Origin: an uncultured Desulfarculus sp.
GTDB lineage: Bacteria > Desulfobacterota > Desulfarculia > Desulfarculales > Desulfarculaceae
Assembly: GCA_963665125.2 (NCBI GenBank)
Contig: CAXXUK010000001.1
Coordinates: 2,784,001-2,848,000, forward strand
DNA: 64,000 nt
Direction of reading: 5' to 3'
Shown piece after piece: positions 40,884-48,351 of this stretch (position 1 is its first letter; every line of letters begins with the position of its first letter). The position numbers and the translations under genes were made by a program. Below the pieces are notes generated by a model. That model searched no databases and was not told the origin of the DNA. It saw only the letters and a list, made by a program, of their open reading frames with translations.

Positions 40884-42070
40884 TGTTGGACATGCAACAA
40901 ACCGTGGTCCTGAAACCGGCCCGCAACTATAACCAACCCGCCAGCGGCGCCGCCCTATTGCCCCTGGTCTACGGCGACATGGCCGGCGGCGGCAGCGGCG
41001 GCCAATGGCGGGCCGTATGCATCGACACCACCAACAATGTTTTTGCCCTGGCCGGGCATTCCATGCACAGCGTCACGGGCCTTTACGACTCCGATGGCGC
41101 TCTGATCGATTCCGGCACATACACGCTAAGCCTATCCAATAATTACGAAGGCCGGGGGATCATCGCCACGGCGTCGTTTTCGGCCCAGCCTCCCTCGGAA
41201 GTGCTGGTGCGCGGCCAGGGCAAGACAGATGACAGCGGCTGCCTCATCGACAATCCGGTGGATATCGCCGTGGACATCATCGCCGAAACCTGCGTCGACG
41301 ACGCGGCCCAATATATCGACCAGGTCTACCTGGTCCGGGCCCGGCAAAAGGCCCTCCTGGCCGGGTTGCTGGCCGGCGGGGTCATCGCAACGCAAGACCG
41401 GCTGGGAGATTTACTCACCGACCTGTTGGGCGAATTCCTGGGCTCCTGGTGGATCGGCGGCAACAGCCTGTTGCGCCTGAGCATGGACTTGGGGCCTTGC
41501 CTCCAGGCCGAATCGGAGCTTGCCGCCCACCTGCGCCACGGCGATTTGCAGGACATCGAGGTCAGCGCGGACCTGGAAGACGTGGCCAACCAGGCCGAGC
41601 TTTGCTTTTGCCTGAACCACGCCACGGGCACCTACCAGGCCTCCGACGACGGGGCCTATAACGCCCAGCCCCTGTCCGTGGGCCTTTACGGCCGGCGCAC
41701 TGCCCAACTGGAGTTGAAGTGGGTCCGCCATGAACAGACGGCAACGGCCGTGGGGCAACGCTTCGTGGAACTGCTAAGCGCACCGCGGCGAAATATTTCC
41801 TGCCAGGTCGGCCACCTGCGGCTGTTGCACCTGGAAAAGGGCGACATGGTCGTGCTGAGTCTGCCTTGGCTGTATGACGGCCAGGGTCTGGCCCTGGCCA
41901 ACCAGATCGTACGGGTGCTTTCGGTGGAGCCGCAGTTCGACAGCGGCTTGATGGGCCTGAGCCTGTTGGACCTGGGCCTTTACAAGACCATCGCCTATCC
42001 GGCCGACGGCGCGTACCCGGCCGATGGCACCATCCAGGCCGGAGGGCTGCGGGATCGGCGGCAATACTAA
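40880..42070 (+). CDS. Putative phage tail-tip/host-specificity protein
   Basis: LPLVYGD, IDNPVDIAVDI, S.GLYG....L.LKWV and LHLEKGD.V patterns typical of tail-tip proteins; GTG start overlaps the upstream stop. Confidence 0.6.
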   Translation: MMLDMQQTVVLKPARNYNQPASGAALLPLVYGDMAGGGSGGQWRAVCIDTTNNVFALAGHSMHSVTGLYDSDGALIDSGTYTLSLSNNYEGRGIIATASFSAQPPSEVLVRGQGKTDDSGCLIDNPVDIAVDIIAETCVDDAAQYIDQVYLVRARQKALLAGLLAGGVIATQDRLGDLLTDLLGEFLGSWWIGGNSLLRLSMDLGPCLQAESELAAHLRHGDLQDIEVSADLEDVANQAELCFCLNHATGTYQASDDGAYNAQPLSVGLYGRRTAQLELKWVRHEQTATAVGQRFVELLSAPRRNISCQVGHLRLLHLEKGDMVVLSLPWLYDGQGLALANQIVRVLSVEPQFDSGLMGLSLLDLGLYKTIAYPADGAYPADGTIQAGGLRDRRQY

Positions 42071-42125
42071 CCTTTTTACGGAATCATTTACGGCCGAGGC
42101 GTTTGCGGCGGCCCAAGGAGAAGAC

Positions 42126-43184
42126 ATGAGCGATCAGACCATTCAATACGACGAGGAGATGGTGGGCGCGGGGCACCCGACCAAAGCGGACACCCTCAAC
42201 CGCCTGGCCCTGGTGGAGACCGACGCCGACGGCCGCGGCAAGATGCGCTTTCTCAAGGAGCAGGCCAGCGCGCCCACGCCGGGTGACAATGAAGGCGTGC
42301 TCTACACGGCCGACGACGGCGGCGACACCTGCCTGTACTACAAGGCTGGCATGGAAGTCCTGAAGCTGGCCCAGCCGGGGCACCCCTTCATGACCGGCTA
42401 CGACGGCACTGCTGAAAACTACGGCGGCGATCTCGATTCCCTGGTGAGTGGCGGCTTCTACTACGCAAACACCAGCGCCAGCAATAAGCCCGCGACAACC
42501 AACGGTTACGCCTTCGTGATCGGGTACTCCAGTACGTATGCCGCCCAAACCTATATCGAATACAACGGCGGCACGTACACCCGCACTTTGCAGGCCGGTT
42601 CCTGGACCAGCTGGGAAAAGATAATAACCGATGCCGACGCTGGTTTGATCGGCCTTAGCGGTCAAGGTGAAGCAGAAACGGACAATGCAAACAATTGCAT
42701 ATACAATGGTTTCTACGCGCTCAATGCGGCAGCGGCCAACAACCCAAAAAGCGCTGCCGGTTATTTGCTGGTTCACCGCTACAATACCAACTACATTCTA
42801 CAAATATACCGCCCGTTGACTCAAACCGGCACGTTCTACATCCGTCACTACACTGTCTCCGCCTGGTCCTCCTGGACCGAAATGTACACAGCGGATGCAT
42901 ATTCCAGCAGCTACGGCACATCGGGCTATTTCGTGATGCCCACCGGCCTGGTCGTTCAGTGGGGGATAGTTTCATACACACCCACGGCCACCAAAGAGAC
43001 TAAGGTTATCAGCTTTCCGATGGCTTTTCCTACAGGTTGTCGCGCCGTCACCGCATTAACAAACGGATACCCCGACTCAAAAGGCGTTGGTGTTTCGTCG
43101 TTCAGCGCTACGTCCTGGACGGCCACCGTGTTCAGCGACCCGATCGGTTCCACGACCATCCGGTATTTCGCGGTTGGTTACTAG
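42126..43184 (+). CDS. Phage tail fibre with two pyocin-knob-like repeats and a gp53-like C-terminal domain
   Basis: AAGGAG SD; two (D/N)...GFY...N.P...GY..V...Q.Y...Y.R...W.SW repeats; GYFVMPTGLVVQWG..FP.AFP..C...YFAVGY C-terminus. Confidence 0.85.
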   Translation: MSDQTIQYDEEMVGAGHPTKADTLNRLALVETDADGRGKMRFLKEQASAPTPGDNEGVLYTADDGGDTCLYYKAGMEVLKLAQPGHPFMTGYDGTAENYGGDLDSLVSGGFYYANTSASNKPATTNGYAFVIGYSSTYAAQTYIEYNGGTYTRTLQAGSWTSWEKIITDADAGLIGLSGQGEAETDNANNCIYNGFYALNAAAANNPKSAAGYLLVHRYNTNYILQIYRPLTQTGTFYIRHYTVSAWSSWTEMYTADAYSSSYGTSGYFVMPTGLVVQWGIVSYTPTATKETKVISFPMAFPTGCRAVTALTNGYPDSKGVGVSSFSATSWTATVFSDPIGSTTIRYFAVGY

Positions 43185-43194
43185 GAGAAGATTC

Positions 43195-43791
43195 ATGAAG
43201 TATTACAGCCCGACAACATGCGGTTTTTACGACGACACTCTGCACAGCTCGATCCCGGAGGGCTCGGTGGATATCACCGACGCCGAATACGAGGCCGTGA
43301 TGGCGGCCCAGGCCCAGGGCGCGGAGATCCTGGCGGGCGGAGACGGCAAACCCGTTGCCATCTACCCGGAGGAGCCCACGCTCGAGCGGGCCAGGGAGAT
43401 CAAACACGCCGAACTTTTAGCCAATGTAAACAAGTTCATCGCCCAAAAGCCCGACGGCAAGACCCGCTACGACACCAACCTGAAGTTGAACCTGCTGGAC
43501 TGGCGGGATGAGATTCGGGACATCAACGCCGACCCCTCGGCCACCGCCGAACAGCTTGCCTGGGCCGCCGCCGCCCAGCCGCTGATCGACTCGGTCAAAG
43601 CCTGGATAGCCGCCGTGCAAGAGGCCTACCTCTACGACCGCAAGGCCGCACTATACGGGGCAGCCGATGCGGCAGCCCTGGAGGCCGTGGACGTCAGCTA
43701 TGAATGGTTCGAGGAGCGTTACGGCCTGACCGGCACGGTTTTGGCCGACCCGGACGTGTACACCAGCGATATCGCCGGGGCCGGACAATAG
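43195..43791 (+). CDS. Tail fibre assembly chaperone (Tfa-like)
   Basis: MKYYS....GFY...H..IP...V.IT..EY......Q..G..I....DGKP N-terminus; directly after the fibre gene; AGGAG SD. Confidence 0.82.
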   Translation: MKYYSPTTCGFYDDTLHSSIPEGSVDITDAEYEAVMAAQAQGAEILAGGDGKPVAIYPEEPTLERAREIKHAELLANVNKFIAQKPDGKTRYDTNLKLNLLDWRDEIRDINADPSATAEQLAWAAAAQPLIDSVKAWIAAVQEAYLYDRKAALYGAADAAALEAVDVSYEWFEERYGLTGTVLADPDVYTSDIAGAGQ

Positions 43792-43902
43792 AGCCATAAA
43801 AATGACAAAACCGTAATATAGTCTAATTCGATAACGTCCTAAAAGAGAATGCCGGAGAGGCCGGCCTAATGAAGCCCCAAATACTTAAGGAGGTTGATCC
43901 AA

Positions 43903-45285
43903 ATGAACAACGACTGGAAAACAGGTTGCATGCTGGAAAAAGCCGCATTCGAAGACATCATTCTGCACGCCAACTCTGACACCGAAGCGGAAATGGACAT
44001 AGGCGAAATCTGGTTCGATACGGCCAATGATGTCTACAAGGGCAAAAACTCTGTGGAAGTGATTCAGTTCGCGGTGCAGAGTGATGTTGACGCTCTGGAA
44101 GGCCGCATGGACACCGCCGAGGGCGAAATCGACACCCTACAGAGTGACATGACCACGGCTCAGGGCGACATTACAGCCTTGCAGGGCCGCATGAACACCG
44201 CCGAGGGCGAAATCGACACCCTACAGAGTGACATGACCACGGCTCAGGGCGACATTACAGCCTTGCAGGGCCGCATGAACACCGCCGAGGGCGAAATTGA
44301 CAACCTGCAGAGCGACATGACCACGGCCCAGGGCGACATCACCGCCTTGCAGGGACGCATGACCACTGCCGAGGGCGAAATTGACACCCTGCAAAGCGAC
44401 CTCAGCACATTGGAAACGCGGGTCGCAGTGGAGACCGACACTGACGGCCACGGCAAGATGAGCTACCTCAAGGAACAAACCACAGAGCCCAGCCCGGGCA
44501 CGGACGAGGGCGTTATCTACACCGCCGACGACGGCGGTGACACCGTACTTTATTACAAAGCCAACGGCGAAGTGGTTGAGTTGGCTCGGCCGGGGCAGTA
44601 TGTCGCCCCAGGCTACATCGCAGGCATGCAGATCAGCCGGGCCAGCGATACCTCGATTACCATAAAGCCCGGTGTATGTGAAATCGGCTGTAAGCTGTAC
44701 GAATTGCCAAACGCAGTGACCATAACCGTACCAGTGACTGCGGCACTGTATTGGCGGGGAATTAACATCGCCACATTACCTGCCAATGGAAACGTACTCA
44801 CCGCAGCAAACTTCTCGACAGTCGCTGGCGCTAATGTAGTTAAAAGCTCGGACGGCACCCATTGGGTTGTGTCAGGTGCCGCTACACAGCGAATTATCGG
44901 CATCTACCCTGCGGCCGACAATGCCGTCTTGAGTACATTCACTATCATGCAAGGAAAATACTACTGCTTCCGAGAGGTGATCAACGACACAACGCCGCCA
45001 ACGTCGCCAACCTCATATAACATTGGCCTTCCGGCCTTGGGGAATGGCTATCAACACGGGGAGTATATCGGCATAGCGTCTGGGGACGCCAACACAACCA
45101 TGACAACTTTGTCCGTGGGTGGCAATACAACCCTTCGAGCAAGTGGTAATGATGTCGCGGGATCGTTCTCTACTCATGCCTCTGATGGCATAAAAAAATT
45201 GCATGTCACGGCAACCAACGGAACGGCTGACTCAATGAATATCCGCCTTTACTATGTCGACATTCCCACAGGCATGGCCCGGTAA
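43903..45285 (+). CDS. Second fibre-like protein: coiled-coil stalk, shared adapter, distinct beta-rich tip
   Basis: AAGGAGG SD; GEIWFDT N-terminal motif; 28-aa heptad repeats; 56-aa segment paralogous to fibre 1; AT-richer C-terminal domain. Confidence 0.75.
   Translation: MNNDWKTGCMLEKAAFEDIILHANSDTEAEMDIGEIWFDTANDVYKGKNSVEVIQFAVQSDVDALEGRMDTAEGEIDTLQSDMTTAQGDITALQGRMNTAEGEIDTLQSDMTTAQGDITALQGRMNTAEGEIDNLQSDMTTAQGDITALQGRMTTAEGEIDTLQSDLSTLETRVAVETDTDGHGKMSYLKEQTTEPSPGTDEGVIYTADDGGDTVLYYKANGEVVELARPGQYVAPGYIAGMQISRASDTSITIKPGVCEIGCKLYELPNAVTITVPVTAALYWRGINIATLPANGNVLTAANFSTVAGANVVKSSDGTHWVVSGAATQRIIGIYPAADNAVLSTFTIMQGKYYCFREVINDTTPPTSPTSYNIGLPALGNGYQHGEYIGIASGDANTTMTTLSVGGNTTLRASGNDVAGSFSTHASDGIKKLHVTATNGTADSMNIRLYYVDIPTGMAR
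44095..44403 (+). repeat. 84-bp in-frame tandem repeat, about 3.7 copies
   Basis: GG(C/A)CGCATG recurs at 44101, 44185, 44269 and 44353; encodes LQGRMxTAEGEIDTLQSDMTTAQGDITA. Confidence 0.95.
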
Positions 45286-45296
45286 ACAGCAATAAT

Positions 45297-45330
45297 GCCA
45301 TGGCGCACACTTATCCGTGTGCGCCATGGC
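45297..45330. other. Perfect 14-bp inverted repeat after the tail module
   Basis: GCCATGGCGCACAC-TTATCC-GTGTGCGCCATGGC. Confidence 0.8.
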
Positions 45331-45353
45331 GCCCTATCCATAATTCTACAAAT

Positions 45354-45377
45354 AAAAAAACAGCGGCCAAACCGCTG
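45354..45377 (-). terminator. Intrinsic terminator for the minus-strand genes
   Basis: Minus strand CAGCGG-TTTGG-CCGCTG followed by TTTTTTT. Confidence 0.65.
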
Positions 45378-45450
45378 CAATAGTGTCCCTTCCTTTTTCC
45401 TTTCCTATCGGCCGCCGGTCGGGCTTTTCCGGCCGGCGGTCCCGCCCGGT

Positions 45451-46011
45451 CTACAAGAACTCGCCGCGCAGGGTGCGCTGCAGGCGCTGATCGATCTCCG
45501 GCAGGATAGTACCTTTCAAATACGCCTTCATGCCCTCGGGGTCTTTCATGGCCGCTCCGGCCTCGGCCCCGCAGTAGATGCCGAAAACATCCACCGGGTC
45601 GTCGGACTCGAAATCCAGATACCAATCAATCCTGGTGAGCACCCTTTTCATCTGCTCCGAGGCCTGCTCGTACATGTCCTGGAAACGCAGGGCAAACAGC
45701 GGCAGCAGCAGGCCGCGCATCAACTCGGCAAGCTCGGGTTGGTCAAAACGCTCGTCGCGCCCCAAGCCCTCCAACACACGCAGGGCTATCAGGATGGGCA
45801 GCTCGGCCTTGAACAAGTCGGCCAGTTGGCGTTTTTGGCCCGGCCATTTGCCGCCTGCGGCCTTGACCAGTTCATCGGTGAGTTGATACAGGTCCTTGGT
45901 CAACACAGTGTAGAGCCGCACGCACAGGCGTTGTAGCCGGAAAAGCTGCCCCTGATCCGGGGGAACCGCATCCATCAAGGACTGACTGGTGTTTTGCCGG
46001 TCCATCTTCAC
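45451..46011 (-). CDS. Hypothetical helical protein
   Basis: 186-aa ORF with host-like codon use and GGAGG upstream; no motif recognised. Confidence 0.7.
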   Translation of the reverse strand: MKMDRQNTSQSLMDAVPPDQGQLFRLQRLCVRLYTVLTKDLYQLTDELVKAAGGKWPGQKRQLADLFKAELPILIALRVLEGLGRDERFDQPELAELMRGLLLPLFALRFQDMYEQASEQMKRVLTRIDWYLDFESDDPVDVFGIYCGAEAGAAMKDPEGMKAYLKGTILPEIDQRLQRTLRGEFL

Positions 46012-46047
46012 TGGTCAACCTCCGCGGCGCAAGGCTAGGCCGCTTTA

Positions 46048-46200
46048 CAGGCTGTTGAAAAAGTCCGTCCTGGACTCTTTCAACAGCCACTTGGTAAAAG
46101 TGTGGTTTTACCAAGTGGCTCGATTCGCTTGTTTTTGCAAAACTGCGCAAATTGGCGGGCCGTCCGTGGCCCGCCTAGCAGGCTGTTTTTCAACAGCCTG
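46048..46200. mobile_element. MITE-like / REP-like element with 15-bp terminal inverted repeats
   Basis: CAGGCTGTTGAAAAA (46048-46062) and TTTTTCAACAGCCTG (46186-46200); internal hairpins; no transposase. Confidence 0.75.
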
Positions 46201-46252
46201 CTATGATCATGATCAATGCTGCTATCAAATTGGTCCGAGCGGACCGTGATAT

Positions 46253-47263
46253 TCAACAAATCCTTGGCAGAGGCTCGCCGGTGAGCATCTCCAGCACCCG
46301 GCGGCCTCCCACCGCCGTATTGAGCCAGACCCGACCGGGAGTGTTCCCCACGATACTACCAATTCGCGCCGCTGACGAGCCCAAAGCGAACCCTCGCAAA
46401 GTTTCCAGGGCCTTTTCCGCCAGGCCCTGCTCCACCACAACAACCATTTTACCTTCATTGGCCAGATACAGCGGGTCCAGGCCCAACAGCTCGCACACGC
46501 CGTCCACCGCCGGGTCGACGGGTATGGCCGCCTGTTCCAGTTCCACGGCCACGCCGGAGGCCTGGGCGATCTCTTTTACGGCCGTGGCCAGGCCGCCCCT
46601 GGTGGGGTCGGTCATCAGGCGCAGGCCGTTGCCGCAGGCCTCGACCAGGGCCTGGGCCATGTGGTTCAGGGCGGCGGAATCGCTCTTGATGGGCGCATCC
46701 AGGCCCAGGCCGCTGCGGGCGGCCATGACCGTGGCCCCGTGGTCGCCCATGGTGCCCGAGATGATCAGCGCGTCGCCGGGCCGGGCCTTGTCCACGCCGA
46801 TATCCAGGCCGTCGTTTATCACGCCGATGCCCGTGGTGTTGATGAACAGGCCGTCGGCCTGGCCCCGGCCCACCACCTTGGTGTCTCCGGCCACGATGCG
46901 CACCCCGGCCTTTCCGGCCGCCCGGCCCATGGATTCGACGATCCGGGCCAAGGTATCCAGGGGCAGGCCTTCTTCCAGAACAAAACCGGCGGTGAGCCAC
47001 AGGGGCCGGGCCCCGCGCATGGCCACATCGTTGACCGTGCCGTGCACGGCCAGGGAGCCGATATCCCCGCCGGGAAAGATCAGCGGGTCCACCACGAAGC
47101 TGTCGGTGCTCACGGCCAAACGACCCGCCGGAACGGTCAGCACCGCCGCGTCGTCGATCTGGTCCGGGGCCGCGTCGCCAAGCTGTTTGGCGAACAACTC
47201 GTTGATCAGCCTATGGCTGGCCAGACCGCCCGAGCCGTGATCCAGGGTCACGAAATCGCCCAA
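46253..47263 (-). CDS. hypE: Hydrogenase maturation protein HypE
   Basis: HGSGG, STDSFVVDPLIFPGGDIG.LAVHGTVND, GDTKVV, DPTRGG, ANEGK, C-terminal PRIC; TTG start inferred from GGAGG spacing. Confidence 0.95.
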   Translation of the reverse strand: MGDFVTLDHGSGGLASHRLINELFAKQLGDAAPDQIDDAAVLTVPAGRLAVSTDSFVVDPLIFPGGDIGSLAVHGTVNDVAMRGARPLWLTAGFVLEEGLPLDTLARIVESMGRAAGKAGVRIVAGDTKVVGRGQADGLFINTTGIGVINDGLDIGVDKARPGDALIISGTMGDHGATVMAARSGLGLDAPIKSDSAALNHMAQALVEACGNGLRLMTDPTRGGLATAVKEIAQASGVAVELEQAAIPVDPAVDGVCELLGLDPLYLANEGKMVVVVEQGLAEKALETLRGFALGSSAARIGSIVGNTPGRVWLNTAVGGRRVLEMLTGEPLPRIC

Positions 47264-47265
47264 AA

Positions 47266-48351
47266 TCAATCCTCCCGCCGGTATTTGAACCAGGCCGCGC
47301 ACGAGCCCTCGCCGCTGACCATGCACGGTCCCACCGGTTTTTCCGGGTTGCAGGCCTTGCCGAAAAGGACGCAGTCCGGCGGCTTGATCAGTCCGCGCAA
47401 GACATCGCCGCAGCGGCAGCCCGGCGGGTCGTCCACCCGGCCCAGGCTCAGGCCGAAACGCCCCATGGCGTCGAAATCGCTGTACTCTTCCCGCAGGGCC
47501 AGGCCGCTATGGGGGATGAGCCCCAGGCCACGCCACACGGCGTCAACCGGCCGGAACACCGTGTTCATCAATTGCACGGCCTTGGGGTTGCCCTCCGGGC
47601 TGACAGCCCTGGCGTATTGGATCTCCACCTTGGGCTCGCCGCTGTTGACCTGGCGCACCAGCATCAGGACCCCGGCCATGATATCGGCGGGCTCGAACCC
47701 GGTGATCACGCAGGCCAGGCCCCGCGCCACGGCCGCCTGGTAGGGCGCCGCGCCGATGACCGTACTGACGTGGCCGGGGCAGACAAAGCCGTCCAGGCCC
47801 AGCTCTGGCCCGGCCAATAGAGCGCCCAAGGCCGGGGGCAGCAGCTTGTGGCAACTCAGCACGCTGAAATTGCCCAAACCTTGGGCCCTGGCCGTCATGA
47901 TGGCGGCGGCCACGGTGGGCGCGGTGGTCTCGAAGCCGATGCCCAAAAAGGCCACCTGGCGGCCCGGATCCTGGGCGGCAAGCTGGACCGCGTCGAGGGC
48001 CGAATAGATCACCTGTACGTCCGCTCCCTGGGCCCTGGCCTGGGCCAGGGAACCGCCACTGCCGGGCACCCTGATCATGTCGCCGAAGGTGGCCACGCAC
48101 AGGCCGTCGATGGCGGCCAGGCCCACGGCGGCGTCGATCTCCGCCGCCGAGGTCACGCACACGGGGCAGCCCGGCCCGGAGACAAGCTCCAACTCCGACG
48201 GCAGCATCGACGGCAGACCGTGCCGGGCGATGGCCATGGTGTGGGTGCCGCAAAGCTCCATGAAGCGCATGGGCCTCGCGGCCTCGGCCTTGATGGCCTG
48301 GGCCAGGCCGCGCACCATCTGCGGGTCGCGGTATTCGTCTACGTGCTTCAA
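47266..48351 (-). CDS. hypD: Hydrogenase maturation protein HypD
   Basis: MELCGTHT, GPGCPVC, GFETT, PGHVS, GPCMVSGEGSC. Confidence 0.97.
   Translation of the reverse strand: MKHVDEYRDPQMVRGLAQAIKAEAARPMRFMELCGTHTMAIARHGLPSMLPSELELVSGPGCPVCVTSAAEIDAAVGLAAIDGLCVATFGDMIRVPGSGGSLAQARAQGADVQVIYSALDAVQLAAQDPGRQVAFLGIGFETTAPTVAAAIMTARAQGLGNFSVLSCHKLLPPALGALLAGPELGLDGFVCPGHVSTVIGAAPYQAAVARGLACVITGFEPADIMAGVLMLVRQVNSGEPKVEIQYARAVSPEGNPKAVQLMNTVFRPVDAVWRGLGLIPHSGLALREEYSDFDAMGRFGLSLGRVDDPPGCRCGDVLRGLIKPPDCVLFGKACNPEKPVGPCMVSGEGSCAAWFKYRRED

Noticed and set aside
44095..44403. Possible CRISPR array
   Set aside because: Repeats are contiguous, in frame and lack unique spacers; no cas genes in the window
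42126..45285. Diversity-generating retroelement or invertible shufflon acting on the fibres
   Set aside because: No reverse transcriptase or invertase; the duplicated segment is a direct repeat whose differences are not adenine-specific; no flanking inverted crossover sites seen
39287..45285. Complete or inducible prophage
   Set aside because: No integrase, att repeats, replication, head, packaging or lysis genes, and host genes flank both sides closely
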